From: an uncultured Candidatus Binatia bacterium
GTDB lineage: Bacteria > Desulfobacterota > Binatia > UBA9968 > JAJDTQ01
NCBI GenBank assembly: GCA_965242525.1
Contig: OZ251459.1
Location: forward strand, 2,336,001 to 2,400,000
Reading direction: 5' to 3'
DNA length: 64,000 bases
The notes beneath the pieces are model-generated. The model was not told the DNA's origin and made no database searches. It was given only the letters and a program-made list of their open reading frames with translations. The position numbers were made by a program, and so were the translations under genes. Positions 20,197 through 35,756 of this stretch are shown here, piece after piece (position 1 is the stretch's first letter; each line of letters opens with the position of its first letter).

Positions 20197-20999
20197 CCGA
20201 ACCCCCAGCCGACCCCCATCAGGGCGTCGAGGTTGGGGAGGCCGAGCTCCGGCCACACCGAGTTCAGGGTCGCGACCCCGACCCCGGCCACGATCAGCAG
20301 CACCAGGAAGAGCTTGGCCCGGTCCTGTCCGTGGAGGCTGCCGAGCTGGACCGGCTCCCGGGTCAGGTAGGCCGAGGCGGCGAACAGCTCTTCGCCGATG
20401 AGCGTGTAGTCACAGGAGGCGATGAAGAACGCCACCTGCTCCGGGCTCACCGAGGCCCCCACCTGCATGGCGCCCGCCTGCTGTCCCGCCTCGGCCAGGA
20501 TCAGCGACTCCGCGGCGAAGTGGCCGAAGAGGAAGGCCCCGGCCACCCGTTCCCGCTGCACCAGGCCCGCGTACCCCGCGGCAAAGGCGAACTGCTCCTC
20601 CGAAAGGAAGATGACGTTCCGCGGGTCGAACCGGTCCGACCGGCCCTCGGCCCGGTAGGCGTCCCGGAGCACGTCCTCCGCGATGGCCATGACCTCGGGG
20701 TCGTTCTGGGGCAGCAGCAGCCGGGACTTGTAGCGCGCGGCCTTGCGGGCCACGTAGTAGAGCACCCCCAGGCACGCGTACAGCACCGGGCTCACCCGGG
20801 TGATGCCGGTGGTGAAGGAGAGGGGCCGTCCCATCTCCGCGGACCGCCCCGCGGCCTCGTCGATGGCGTCCACCCCGGCCAGGCGCCGCACGTGGAGGTC
20901 CCTCCGCCGCCGGGCCGTGCGGATGTAGTACAGCACCGGCCCGATCATCAGCGCGAGGACCACCACCACCGCGGGGGTCGCTTCGTCGAACCCGCCCAT
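20190..20999 (-). CDS. DUF6754-domain protein
   Basis: RRLAGVDAIDEAAGRSAEMGRP, FAAESLILAEAG, CDYTLIGEELFAASAYL. Confidence 0.8.
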   Translation of the reverse strand: MGGFDEATPAVVVVLALMIGPVLYYIRTARRRRDLHVRRLAGVDAIDEAAGRSAEMGRPLSFTTGITRVSPVLYACLGVLYYVARKAARYKSRLLLPQNDPEVMAIAEDVLRDAYRAEGRSDRFDPRNVIFLSEEQFAFAAGYAGLVQRERVAGAFLFGHFAAESLILAEAGQQAGAMQVGASVSPEQVAFFIASCDYTLIGEELFAASAYLTREPVQLGSLHGQDRAKLFLVLLIVAGVGVATLNSVWPELGLPNLDALMGVGWGFGW

Positions 21000-21286
21000 C
21001 AGCCCTTCCCGCCCTCCCCGGCCAACTCTTCGATGCGCCGGATGAGCCGCTCCACGTTGTCCCGGGACTGGAGGAACGCGGGCAACTCCCGCGCCCTGGC
21101 CCCGAACAGCGGCAGCATCACGGGAAGGCTCATGACCGCGGCCGCATGGAACAGCGAGGTGAGCGGCTTGTGGGTTTCGAGGAACAGGATGGCCGGTACC
21201 GCCATCCTGCGGGCGTGCACCGCGGAAGCGAGCTGCTCGATGAGGGCGTCCGGGGCGGCGCCGGCGCCGTGCCCAGGCAGTTCCAT
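20999..21286 (-). CDS. Small conserved hypothetical protein (first gene of the cluster)
   Basis: LASAVHARRMAVPAILFLETHKPL...RDNVERLIRRIEEL; AGGAGGG RBS. Confidence 0.8.
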   Translation of the reverse strand: MELPGHGAGAAPDALIEQLASAVHARRMAVPAILFLETHKPLTSLFHAAAVMSLPVMLPLFGARARELPAFLQSRDNVERLIRRIEELAGEGGKG

Positions 21287-21324
21287 GGCTTCCCTCCTTC
21301 GTGGGCCTGGCGACAACCGATCGG

Positions 21325-21458
21325 GGAAACTCGGAACGATCGGGACAGGAGGCATGAGCGCGTCCTTCGACTTCGCTTCGCTACGCTCAGGACGAACGGG
21401 GACGGGATTGTCAGGGTGAGGGAATCCATCCGGGACGTCCCGATCGTTCAGGGGTTCC
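21325..21458. mobile_element. MITE/REP family copy
   Basis: GGAAACTCGGAACGAT...REP core...ATCGTTCAGGGGTTCC. Confidence 0.75.
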
Positions 21459-21559
21459 GCAGGAAAGTATGAAAGAGATTGGATGTTTCGGCAAGTTGCA
21501 GCAAAAAGGGGTTGCTACATGTATGATGAGCCCGAGCGTTGCAACTCGAGGAGGATTCC

Positions 21560-23398
21560 ATGCGCGCCAGATGGACGGGAATCGCGGCGTTGGCCGCGTT
21601 GACGGTCGCGGTCCCCGCGGCTTTCGGCGATGAGGTCCGCACGAGCCACGGCATCGCCATGCACGGGGACCTGAAGTACGGGCCGGACTTCGAGCACTTC
21701 GATTACGTGGACCCCGAAGCGCCCAAGGGGGGCGCGGTGCGGCTGGAGGCCATCGGCGCCTTCGACAGCTTCAACCCCTTCATCGTCAAGGGCAACCCCG
21801 CGGCGGGCATCGGACGCATCTACGAGACGTTGATGACCGGGTCCGCGGACGAGCCCTTCAGCGAGTACGGCCTGCTGGCCGAGAGCGTCACCTGGCCCCG
21901 GGACCGCTCCTGGGTGGAGTTCACGCTGCGGGCGGAGGCCCGGTGGCACGACGGCGAGCCGGTCACCGCAGAAGATGTCCTCTGGACCTTCGAGACCCTG
22001 CGCACCAAGGCCGTCCCCTTCTACCGGGGCTACTACCGGGACGTGAAGAAGGCCGAGCGGCGCGGCGAGAGGACGGTGCGGTTCACCTTCGGCAAGGGCG
22101 TCAACCGGGAGCTGCCGCTGATCCTCGGACAGTTGGTGGTGCTGCCCAAGCACTACTGGACGGAACGGGACTTCACCCGGACGACCCTGGAGCCGCCCCT
22201 GGGGAGCGGTCCCTACCGGGTGGGCGCCTTCGAGCCCGGGCGCTACGTGGAGTACCGCAGGGTGGAGGACTACTGGGGCAGGGACCTGCCCGTGAACGTG
22301 GGGCGCGACAACTTCGACCGGGTGCGCCACGACTACTACCGGGACGGCACCGTGTCGGTGGAGGCGTTCAAGGCCGGGGAGTACGACTTCCGGGCGGAGA
22401 ACAGCTCCAAGAACTGGGCCGCGGCCTATGACTTCCCCGCGCTCCGGCAGGGTCTCGTGAAGAAGGAAGAGGTCTCCCACGACCGCTCCACCGGCATGCA
22501 GGGGTTCGCCTTCAACACCCGCCGGCCCCTGTTCGCGGACCCGCGGGTGCGCCGCGCCCTCGCCTATGCGTTCGACTTCGAGTGGTCCAACCGGAGCCTC
22601 TTCTACGGCCAGTACACGCGCACGCGCAGCTACTTCGACAACTCGGAGCTCGCGGCCGCCGGGCTTCCGGGCGCGGACGAACTGGCGATCCTCGAACCCT
22701 ACCGGGACCGCCTGCCCGAGGAGGTCTTCACTACCGAGTACGAGCCGCCCGCCACCGACGGCTCCGGCCGCATCCGGGCCAACCTCCGCACCGGGTCGAA
22801 GCTGCTGCGGGACGCCGGGTGGCGCATCGACAAAGCCACCCGCAAGCTGACCCACCAGGAGACCGGCCGGGTCATGGAGTTCGAGGTCCTGCTGGTGAGC
22901 CCGCTGTTCGAGCGCGTGGTCCTGCCCTTCACCCGGAACCTGGCCCGGCTGGGGGTCACCGCCACCGTGCGGACGGTGGACAGCGCCCAGTACCGGCGGC
23001 GGCTGGACGACTTCGACTTCGACGTGGTCATCGCCAGTTGGGGCCAGTCCCTGTCCCCGGGGAACGAGCAGCGCGACTTCTGGGGGTCGGACTTCGCCCA
23101 CCGGCCGGGGAGCCGGAACCTCATGGGCATCGAGGACCCGGTGGTGGACGCCCTGATCCGGGGCGTGATCGCCGCCGCGGACCGGAAGAGCCTGGTGAGC
23201 CATGTGCGCGCCCTGGACCGGGTGCTCCAGTGGGGCCACTGGGTGATCCCCCAGTGGCACATCCCCTACGACCGGCTGGTCTATTGGGACAGGTTCGGCC
23301 GCCCGGAGACCACCCCCACCCAAGGAGTCCAGTTCGACGCCTGGTGGATCGACTCCGGCAAGGCCGCGGCCCTGGACGCCCGGCGCAGCGACGGATAG
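21560..23398 (+). CDS. yejA: YejA-like peptide ABC transporter substrate-binding protein
   Basis: Signal peptide, SHGIAMHGDLKY, FDYVDPEAPKGG, FDSFNPFI, SPGNEQRDFWGS. Confidence 0.93.
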   Translation: MRARWTGIAALAALTVAVPAAFGDEVRTSHGIAMHGDLKYGPDFEHFDYVDPEAPKGGAVRLEAIGAFDSFNPFIVKGNPAAGIGRIYETLMTGSADEPFSEYGLLAESVTWPRDRSWVEFTLRAEARWHDGEPVTAEDVLWTFETLRTKAVPFYRGYYRDVKKAERRGERTVRFTFGKGVNRELPLILGQLVVLPKHYWTERDFTRTTLEPPLGSGPYRVGAFEPGRYVEYRRVEDYWGRDLPVNVGRDNFDRVRHDYYRDGTVSVEAFKAGEYDFRAENSSKNWAAAYDFPALRQGLVKKEEVSHDRSTGMQGFAFNTRRPLFADPRVRRALAYAFDFEWSNRSLFYGQYTRTRSYFDNSELAAAGLPGADELAILEPYRDRLPEEVFTTEYEPPATDGSGRIRANLRTGSKLLRDAGWRIDKATRKLTHQETGRVMEFEVLLVSPLFERVVLPFTRNLARLGVTATVRTVDSAQYRRRLDDFDFDVVIASWGQSLSPGNEQRDFWGSDFAHRPGSRNLMGIEDPVVDALIRGVIAAADRKSLVSHVRALDRVLQWGHWVIPQWHIPYDRLVYWDRFGRPETTPTQGVQFDAWWIDSGKAAALDARRSDG

Positions 23399-23444
23399 GC
23401 GCCGCCGCCGTTCCAACCGCGGCGCCCACTGACCGGGACCCGTC

Positions 23445-24557
23445 ATGCTCGCCTACATCCTGCGACGGCTGCTGCTGATCCTCCCGACCCTGTTCGGCAT
23501 CATGGTGCTGAACTTCGTCATCATCCACTCGGCCCCGGGCGGGCCGGTGGAGCAGCTCCTGGCCAAGCTCCAGCAGACCGACGTGGCGGCCACCGAACGT
23601 TTCGCCGGCGGCGGCGACTCGCGGGAGGCCGGGCCTTCGGCGCAGCCCTCCCGGGACCCAGGGGCCGGCGGCGGCAAGTACCGGGGCGCCCGGGGCATCG
23701 ACCCCGAGTTCATCCGGGAGATCGAACGGCAGTTCGGCTTCGACAAGCCGGCGCACCAGCGGTTCTTCCTGATGATGGGCAACTTCCTGCGGTTCGACTT
23801 CGGCGACAGCTTCTTCCGCGACCGCTCGGTGGTGCAACTGGTGGCGGACAAGCTGCCGGTGTCCGTCTCCCTGGGACTCTGGACCACGCTGCTGGTCTAT
23901 CTGGTGTCCATCCCCCTGGGGGTGGCCAAGGCGGTGCGGGACGGCTCGCGCTTCGACGTGTGGAGCTCGGGCGCGGTCATCGTGGGCAACGCGGTGCCGG
24001 GGTTCCTGTTCGCCATCCTGCTGATCGTGCTGTTCGCCGGGGGGCGCTACCTGGACTGGTTCCCGCTGCGCGGCCTGGTGTCGGACGACTGGAGCGAGCT
24101 CGGCGCGTGGCAGCGGGTCACCGACTACCTCTGGCACATCACCCTGCCGGTGCTGTCCATGGTCATCGGCGGCTTCGCCGGCCTCACCATGCTCACCAAG
24201 AACTCGTTCCTGGACCAGATCCGGCAGCAGTACGTCATGACCGCCCGGGCCAAGGGGCTCAGCGAGCGCCGGGTGCTGTACCGGCACGTGTTCCGCAACG
24301 CCATGCTCATCGTCATCGCGGGCTTTCCCGGCGCCTTCGTGGGCGTGCTGTTCACCGGCGCGCTGCTCACCGAGGTGATCTTCTCGCTGGACGGAGTCGG
24401 CCTGCTGGGGTTCGAGGCGGCCATCAACCGCGACTACCCGGTGATGTTCGGGACCCTGTACTTCTTCACGCTGCTGGGGCTGGTGATGAAGCTGGCGGAG
24501 GACCTGACCTACGTAGTGGTGGACCCGCGCATCGACTTCGAGAGCCGGGAGACCTGA
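23445..24557 (+). CDS. yejB: Peptide ABC transporter permease YejB
   Basis: [40 protein letters not shown]. Confidence 0.94.
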   Translation: MLAYILRRLLLILPTLFGIMVLNFVIIHSAPGGPVEQLLAKLQQTDVAATERFAGGGDSREAGPSAQPSRDPGAGGGKYRGARGIDPEFIREIERQFGFDKPAHQRFFLMMGNFLRFDFGDSFFRDRSVVQLVADKLPVSVSLGLWTTLLVYLVSIPLGVAKAVRDGSRFDVWSSGAVIVGNAVPGFLFAILLIVLFAGGRYLDWFPLRGLVSDDWSELGAWQRVTDYLWHITLPVLSMVIGGFAGLTMLTKNSFLDQIRQQYVMTARAKGLSERRVLYRHVFRNAMLIVIAGFPGAFVGVLFTGALLTEVIFSLDGVGLLGFEAAINRDYPVMFGTLYFFTLLGLVMKLAEDLTYVVVDPRIDFESRET

Positions 24558-24575
24558 CCCCGTCCCGGTGGATCC

Positions 24576-27290
<2,715 letters not shown>

Positions 27291-27291
27291 C

Positions 27292-27395
27292 CTGAAAATC
27301 GGGGCAAGGAGGGCATGCGCACGTCCTTCGACTCCGCTTCGCTACGCTCAGGACGAACGGGGATAGGGACGAACCGGGGATGAGAGGGTCAGGGG
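27292..27395. repeat. REP/MITE family copy between convergent genes
   Basis: GTCCTTCGACTCCGCTTCGCTACGCTCAGGACGAACGGGG core. Confidence 0.8.
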
Positions 27396-27491
27396 CAAGC
27401 GCCTGAACTCGGCCATTCCGGGGGTAACGACGAACCGGGGATGGGAGGGTCAGGGAGTGGTTCGGAGTCCGACGAGGCGGCGTGAGGCGGT

Positions 27492-28274
27492 TCAACCCGC
27501 GGGCGACGGGAGCGGGACCCGGACCGCGCCTTGGGGAAGGTCCTGGACGAAGTGGGAGTCGGGCAGGGCCACGTTGACTTCCGGCTCGTCGTAACGGACC
27601 TCGTAGGAACGTCCGAGCGAGGGCGTCTCCAGCGTGACCGTCAACGGGAAGGGTCCGAACGGGGTGTCGGAGAAGTCCTCGAAGGCCGCGGCGTAGAGGA
27701 CCTCTCCGGACGGACCCACGCGCCACCATCGGATCGGGGCCGTCCTCTCGGTGTCGAAGGCGAGCACGTCGGCGCTCCCGTCGGGGCCCACGCGCCGCAA
27801 CCCGAGGGAGTCCGCGTCCCAGGCCGCGTCCGGGTCCACCGGCGGGACCCCCAGCAGCAGCGCGGCCATCTCGTGGGGCTCCAGCAGCATCCGGGTAGCG
27901 CGGTAGAGGTTCTCCCGGGACGCCCTGCCGCGGTAGAAACGCGCTTCGGAGGGCAGGAAACCGGTCACTTCGCCGTCGTCCACCGTGAGGATCAGCGCCG
28001 CGCCCACCACGGAGAACGCTTCGAGCCTCAGGCGACCGGGTCTCTGGACCAGGACCGCGGCGCTGAACCCGCCCTTCTCCTCGCCCACTCGGTAGCTGAT
28101 CCTGGCAAGGCTCCGGAGCGACCGGAACGCCTCGTCCCGCTGGGCCAGGACCGAAGCCAGGAGAGGGAGGGTGTCGCGCGGGGGCTCGGGGACGGGCGGG
28201 GGAGACCCCGGAACCGCACACCCCGCCAGCAGGGCGGCGACGCCGAGGCGCCCCGCGGCCGAGCCTATCCGCAT
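27492..28274 (-). CDS. LolB-like/DUF4292 outer-membrane lipoprotein
   Basis: Lipobox LLAGC, RPGRLRLEAFS, beta-rich; downstream of the TPR gene. Confidence 0.65.
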   Translation of the reverse strand: MRIGSAAGRLGVAALLAGCAVPGSPPPVPEPPRDTLPLLASVLAQRDEAFRSLRSLARISYRVGEEKGGFSAAVLVQRPGRLRLEAFSVVGAALILTVDDGEVTGFLPSEARFYRGRASRENLYRATRMLLEPHEMAALLLGVPPVDPDAAWDADSLGLRRVGPDGSADVLAFDTERTAPIRWWRVGPSGEVLYAAAFEDFSDTPFGPFPLTVTLETPSLGRSYEVRYDEPEVNVALPDSHFVQDLPQGAVRVPLPSPAG

Positions 28275-28288
28275 ATGCCACGAGTGGG

Positions 28289-30025
28289 TCAAGTCCGGTG
28301 CTCGAGATCTCCGATCTTCGATCGGATCCGTTCCGTCTGCTCGTCCTCGACCGAGGACTCCAGCGCCCTGCGATAGCTCCGCAGCGCTTCGTCCGGCCTG
28401 CCGTCTTCCAGGTAGGCGTCACCCAGGTGCTCGATGATCACGGGGTCGTCGATCACCAGACGGACCGCCTTCTCCAACTGCTCGATGGCCCTCCGGTAGT
28501 CGCCCTTGCGGTAATAGACCCAGCCGAGGCTGTCGATATAGAAACCGTCGTTGGGCTCCAGCTCCAGCGCGCGGAGGATGAGCCGCTCCGCCCGGTCGAG
28601 CTCCACGTCCATGTCCGCGTAGGTGTAGCCCAGGTAGTTCAACGCCTCGTCGTACTCCGGGTCCAGCTCGATGGCCTTCCGCATGTGCTCGATGGTCTTG
28701 TCCTTGTCCTTGCTCTCGTCGTACAGGGCCCCCAACGCGAAGCGCAGCCGGGCGTTCCCGGGGTCCAGCTCCACCACCTCGAGCATGGTCTCGATGGCCT
28801 TGGCGTAATCCTTCCCCCTGCGGTAAACCTCCGCGAGGAAGCGCAACAGGTCCTTGCGCCGGTCCGGGTCCCCCCGGTCCGGGTCCTCTTCGAGGGCGGC
28901 CCGGAGGGCCGCCGCCGCTTCGGGGAACCGCTCCCGTCCTTCATGGACCGAGGCGAGCTGCACCCGGGAGTCCACGAAATAGTCGCTGTCCGGGGGGATG
29001 CCTTCGAACTGCGCCGCGGCCCTCTCGGCGTCGCCCGACCGTTCGTGCGCAAGACCCAGGAAGAACCTCACGCGATGGTCGTCGGGCCGTTCCACCAGGG
29101 CGAGGCCCAGTTCCGTTATAGCGGCGTCGAGGTTGCCCACCTCGTAATGGGCGATGCCCACCTTCATGCGGGTCACGCCCGGCGCAGCCTCCCGGGAGCC
29201 CATGCGGGCGAACTCGGCGCGCGCCTCCGGGAGGCGCCCCAGCCCCATGCGCAGGGCCCGGAGCCGCGGCCCGGCCCAGTCGTTGCGCGGGTCCACCTCC
29301 ATGAGTTTCCGATAGGTCTCGGACGCGGCGCTTTCCCGGCCGCGGAACTCGCGGACCAACCCCATCTCGGTGAGAACCGGCGCGGAGGTGGGGAGCAACT
29401 CGAGGGCGGCCGCGTAGCTCTCTTCGGCCCGGGCGAAATCCTGCGACTCGGCCAGGGTCCGCCCCAGGTAGTAGTGTCCCAGCGGCGACGCGGGGTTGTC
29501 CTGCGTATATCTCTCCAGGTGCTTCCGCGCCTCGCGGTATTGCCCCTCGGCCAAGTGGATCGCCCCCAGGTAGAGGCGCGCCCGGGCGTCGTCGGGGTCG
29601 AGCTCCAGCACCTTGCGGTACTCCCGAAGGCTCTCGGCCGCCCTGCCGGTGGCGCTGTACAGCCCCGCCAGCAAACGGCGGCTCTCCGGGTCGCCGGCGT
29701 CGAGCCCCACCGCGGCCTCCGCCTCGGCCACCGCGGCGTCGGTCTCTCCCAGGGCCAGATGGGACCTGGCCAGACGGGTGCGCAGGAAAGCGCTGGAGGG
29801 GTCGTGCTCCCGGGCCGACCGGAATTGCTCGTGGGCTGCCCGCGAGTCGCCGGCGAGGGCGTCCATGCGCGCCCGCAGGTAGCGGTACACCGCCCGGGCT
29901 TCCCGCGGGACCTCCGCCTTCTCGCGGTCCGCGAAAGGACCCGGCGGCCCCTGGGGAACTCCGTCGAGAGGAACGCAACCCGCCAGAAACAGGACCGCAA
30001 GGATTCCCCAACCAGGATGCCGCAT
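28289..30025 (-). CDS. TPR-repeat lipoprotein
   Basis: Lipobox FLAGC; many TPRs; ALNYLGYTYAD...YIDSLGWVYY...EHLGDAY. Confidence 0.92.
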   Translation of the reverse strand: MRHPGWGILAVLFLAGCVPLDGVPQGPPGPFADREKAEVPREARAVYRYLRARMDALAGDSRAAHEQFRSAREHDPSSAFLRTRLARSHLALGETDAAVAEAEAAVGLDAGDPESRRLLAGLYSATGRAAESLREYRKVLELDPDDARARLYLGAIHLAEGQYREARKHLERYTQDNPASPLGHYYLGRTLAESQDFARAEESYAAALELLPTSAPVLTEMGLVREFRGRESAASETYRKLMEVDPRNDWAGPRLRALRMGLGRLPEARAEFARMGSREAAPGVTRMKVGIAHYEVGNLDAAITELGLALVERPDDHRVRFFLGLAHERSGDAERAAAQFEGIPPDSDYFVDSRVQLASVHEGRERFPEAAAALRAALEEDPDRGDPDRRKDLLRFLAEVYRRGKDYAKAIETMLEVVELDPGNARLRFALGALYDESKDKDKTIEHMRKAIELDPEYDEALNYLGYTYADMDVELDRAERLILRALELEPNDGFYIDSLGWVYYRKGDYRRAIEQLEKAVRLVIDDPVIIEHLGDAYLEDGRPDEALRSYRRALESSVEDEQTERIRSKIGDLEHRT

Positions 30026-30077
30026 GGTATTTTCCAGAGGGACGGATGCAGGAGACTAGCTAACACAGGCGGGTTGA

Positions 30078-32177
<2,100 letters not shown>

Positions 32178-32249
32178 CGGCCGCGGCGCGGCCTCACCTG
32201 ACGCCGGCGGCGGCCCGGCCGGCAGGGAGACGGGACTTCGGTCCGACCA

Positions 32250-33074
32250 ATGCTCTACGTGGTAGCCACGCCCATCGGCAACCTGGAGGACGTCACCTTG
32301 CGCGCCTTGCGCGTGCTGCGGGAGGCGGACGTGATCGCCGCGGAAGACACCCGGCACACCCGCAAGCTGCTGGCCCGCTACGAGATCCACACCCCCCTCA
32401 CCAGCTACCACGAGGGCAACGAGCGCGCCAAGGCTGCGGCCCTGGTGCGGCGGCTGGAGGCCGGCGAGAGCGTGGCGCTGGTGTCGGACGCGGGCACCCC
32501 GACCCTCTCGGACCCCGGTTTCCACCTGGTCCGCGCCGCGGCCGGCAAGGGGCTGCCGGTAACGCCGGTGCCCGGGGTCTCCGCGGCCGTGGCCGCGTTG
32601 AGCGTGTGCGGGCTGGCCACGGACCGGTTCGCGTTCCAGGGGTTCCTGCCGTCCAGGCGGGGCCAGCGGAGGGAGAAGCTGAGGCGGCTCCGGGACGACG
32701 ACAGGACCGCGGTGTATTACGAGGCGCCGCGCCGGATCCGGGATACGCTGTCGGACATGCGCGAGGTCCTGGGGGACCGGGCCGCGCTGGTGGGGCGGGA
32801 GCTGACCAAGGTCCACGAGGAACTGCTGCGGGGGACGCTTTCCGAACTGGCGGAAAGACTGGACCGCGACGCCCCGCGCGGGGAGTTCGTCATCGTGGTC
32901 GCGGGACGCGGCGAGACGCCAGCGGTGGATGAGGAGACGCTGCGGGCGGAGGCAGGCAGGCTCCTCCGAACCGGGCGCAAGGCCAACGACGTGGCCAAGC
33001 TCCTGGCGCAGACGTTTCCGTTGGCGAAACGCGACGCTTACGAGCTGGTGCTGGAAGTCGCCGGGAGACGGTGA
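32250..33074 (+). CDS. rsmI: 16S rRNA C1402 2'-O-methyltransferase
   Basis: LYVVATPIGNLEDVTLRA, AAEDTR, VSDAGTPTLSDPG, RELTKVHEE. Confidence 0.97.
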   Translation: MLYVVATPIGNLEDVTLRALRVLREADVIAAEDTRHTRKLLARYEIHTPLTSYHEGNERAKAAALVRRLEAGESVALVSDAGTPTLSDPGFHLVRAAAGKGLPVTPVPGVSAAVAALSVCGLATDRFAFQGFLPSRRGQRREKLRRLRDDDRTAVYYEAPRRIRDTLSDMREVLGDRAALVGRELTKVHEELLRGTLSELAERLDRDAPRGEFVIVVAGRGETPAVDEETLRAEAGRLLRTGRKANDVAKLLAQTFPLAKRDAYELVLEVAGRR

Positions 33075-33183
33075 CCGGCCCGTCCGTCCGGCGGTACGAG
33101 CAAGTCTCGAACCGCACCGAGACTCGCCGGCCGAACGCCGCCAGCGCCGTTCCGACACCGATGACCGCGACGACCTCGCCCCG

Positions 33184-33825
33184 TCATTCCGCTCCCGGCG
33201 CCGGGTGGCTTTCCGGTTCCGTGACCTGCTCCGACGAGGGTGTGTCCGGGGGCCGGATCAGGGCCGACTGGAGTATCTGCAACTGGCCTTCCACCGAGAG
33301 AAAGCGGTCGCTCGTCTCCTTGCGAAGGGCTTGGTCCGCACTGCTCAGAGCCAGACGGTCTTCACGCACTTCGGCGCGCAGACCTCGTATCTCGGCGCGC
33401 AGTTGATCGAACTGCCCGTTCATCTCACCAAACCGTCCGTCCATCTCCGTGCGCGCTTGAGCGAACTTCTCGTTCATCTCGGCGCGCAGACCGTTCATCT
33501 CTGTACGCAGTTGAGTGAACTGCCCCTTCATCTCACCGAACCGTCCGTTCGTCTCCGCGCGCTGCTGACCAAACTGCCCGTTCGTCTCCGTGCGCTGCTG
33601 ACCAAACTGCCCGTTCGTCTCCGCGCGCGCTTGAGCGAACTTCTCGTTCATCTCTGTGCGCAGTGCCTGGATCTCCGTGCGCATCTCGATGCGAAGGCTG
33701 TCGATGCGACCGGACAGGTTGAACATGCCGGCGCCGAGCATCAGCCCCATGGTGACGATGGCGATCAGCTCCGGGCTCAAGCGGAAGCCGGAAAACCTTG
33801 CCGAGTCTTTTGCTGCGTCGGCCAT
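33184..33825 (-). CDS. TM-anchored coiled-coil protein with 11/7-aa tandem repeats
   Basis: LSPELIAIVTMGLMLGAGM then RAETNGQFGQQ-type repeats (33-bp DNA units); upstream TTGATC-N17-TATTAT promoter. Confidence 0.8.
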   Translation of the reverse strand: MADAAKDSARFSGFRLSPELIAIVTMGLMLGAGMFNLSGRIDSLRIEMRTEIQALRTEMNEKFAQARAETNGQFGQQRTETNGQFGQQRAETNGRFGEMKGQFTQLRTEMNGLRAEMNEKFAQARTEMDGRFGEMNGQFDQLRAEIRGLRAEVREDRLALSSADQALRKETSDRFLSVEGQLQILQSALIRPPDTPSSEQVTEPESHPAPGAE

Positions 33826-33991
33826 GGCAGTGGTGAGTTTCCTGTCTTTACTCTGCCTGTACTCTGTCCGTACCCGTACGAGAACGCCCCGATAATAAAC
33901 CAATCGGCCCTTCCGATCAATTCTTTAGCGCCCTCCCGTCCTCTCTTCCGGCCGTGGCCGCGGATTGCCGGAGCGCGCGGTCAGGCGGGGT

Positions 33992-34807
33992 TCACCTGCC
34001 CCAGTCCCGGGAGTACCGGAAGTCCCGGTCGATGGTCCGGTGGGACACCTTGGCGATTACGGGAAGGCGGCGCTTGAACTGGGAGGTCATGATCCGCCGG
34101 GCGATGTCGTCGATGAACTCGGGCGCGAACCCGGCATCCATGAGCTCGGCCCGGCCATAGCGCTGGTCCACCATCAGGTAGAGCAACTCGTCCACTTCGC
34201 GGTAGCTGAACCCCAACTCGGCCTCGTCGGTCTGGCCGGTCCACAGGTCCGCGGAAGGTTCCTTGCGTATGACCGCTTGGGGAACGCCGACGGCCTCGCT
34301 CAGGGCCCACACCTGGGTCTTGTACAGGTCCCCCAGGGGGTTCAAGGCGGACGCCATGTCCCCGTGCAGGGTGCCGTAACCCAGGAGCAACTCGGTCTTG
34401 TTGCTCGTGCCCGCCACCAGCGCGTCCCAGCGCGCGGAGTGGTCGTAGAGGATGGTCATGCGTTCCCGGGCCATCTTGTTGCCCCGGCGTTTGGGGTCCG
34501 CGTCCGGAAACGCGTCGAAATAGGCGTCGATCTGCGGGGTGATCTCCACCGTGTCGCACCGGATGCCGATCTTCTCCGCCACCAGGCGGGCGTGCTCCAG
34601 GCTCTCCGCGCTGGAGCTCCGGTAGGGCATCATGAGGCCCAGCACCTGTCCGGGACCCAGGGCCTCGGCCGCCAGCATGGCGCTCAGGCTCGAGTCCACT
34701 CCGCCGGAAAGACCCACCACCACCCGTTCCAGGCCGACCTTGCGCACCTCGTTGCGGATGAACGCCACCAGGACCCGGCGCATCAGTGACACGTTGGTGG
34801 GGACCAT
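33992..34807 (-). CDS. nadE: NAD+ synthetase (synthetase subunit)
   Basis: [37 protein letters not shown]. Confidence 0.96.
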   Translation of the reverse strand: MVPTNVSLMRRVLVAFIRNEVRKVGLERVVVGLSGGVDSSLSAMLAAEALGPGQVLGLMMPYRSSSAESLEHARLVAEKIGIRCDTVEITPQIDAYFDAFPDADPKRRGNKMARERMTILYDHSARWDALVAGTSNKTELLLGYGTLHGDMASALNPLGDLYKTQVWALSEAVGVPQAVIRKEPSADLWTGQTDEAELGFSYREVDELLYLMVDQRYGRAELMDAGFAPEFIDDIARRIMTSQFKRRLPVIAKVSHRTIDRDFRYSRDWGR

Positions 34808-34815
34808 GCGTCCGT

Positions 34816-35661
34816 CTATCCCCCGCGGATGCGCTCCAGCTCCCGGATGGTGAGGTCCACGTCCTCGTCGCGCATCAACGGCGCCCGGGTGCGCTTGCGC
34901 CGGACCACCGCGTGCGACACATCCCCGGCCACGAAGTCCTCCTCGTAGTAGTCCCCCCTGCACACGGTCCGGCCGAATGGGTCGAGGATGCCGGAGCCGC
35001 CCCAGAAGCCCACCCCGTCCTCGAAGCCCGCCCGGTTGGCGTGGACCACGAAGACCCCGTAGGTCTCGGCGTAGCCCCGGGTGACGAGGTCCCAGTAACG
35101 CGCGTTGTCGTCCTGGGCGGCGCCGTCGGCGACCCCGCGCAGGGGGCTCGCGGAGGGACAGAGGATCGTCAGGGCGCCGTCCAGCGCCGCCAGGTAAACC
35201 GTGGAAGGATGCCAGAGGTCCTCGCAGATGAGCAGGGCGAAGCGGCCGTGCCGGGTGTCGAAGGCCCGCAGCCGGTCGCCCCGGGCAAAGTAGCGCTGCT
35301 CGTCGAACATGCCGTAGGTGGGGAGGTACACCTTCCGGTGGACGTGGCGGACGTCGCCGTCCTCCAGATAGACCGCGGCGTTGAAGAACCGGTGGTCCGG
35401 GCTCTCCAGCACCAGCCCGGCCACCAGCGGCACGTCCCGGCTCAACGCCCTGAGCCGTTCCATCTCCGGGCTCGACAGCGTCACCGCGACGTCCGGCACC
35501 ATGTCGCGCAGGAAGTAACCGGTGAGGCTCAGCTCGGGGAACACCACCACGTCCACGCTACGGGCCCGGGCGTCCCGCACCCCGGCCTCGTAGAGGGCGA
35601 GGTTCGCGGCCACGTCGCCCAGCTTCGGGTTGACCTGCGCCATGCCGACTCGGAACGACAT
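34816..35661 (-). CDS. Nitrilase-family amidohydrolase (likely glutaminase partner of NadE)
   Basis: [36 protein letters not shown] (E-K-C triad). Confidence 0.9.
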   Translation of the reverse strand: MSFRVGMAQVNPKLGDVAANLALYEAGVRDARARSVDVVVFPELSLTGYFLRDMVPDVAVTLSSPEMERLRALSRDVPLVAGLVLESPDHRFFNAAVYLEDGDVRHVHRKVYLPTYGMFDEQRYFARGDRLRAFDTRHGRFALLICEDLWHPSTVYLAALDGALTILCPSASPLRGVADGAAQDDNARYWDLVTRGYAETYGVFVVHANRAGFEDGVGFWGGSGILDPFGRTVCRGDYYEEDFVAGDVSHAVVRRKRTRAPLMRDEDVDLTIRELERIRGG

Positions 35662-35756
35662 GGAATGGGGGCTAACACATTTCCGCGGGGGGAGGAAGCC
35701 GCGGACCGGAGGGAGGGGGGTTCCATTCGAGGGGGGCATCGGTTACATGGAACCCC

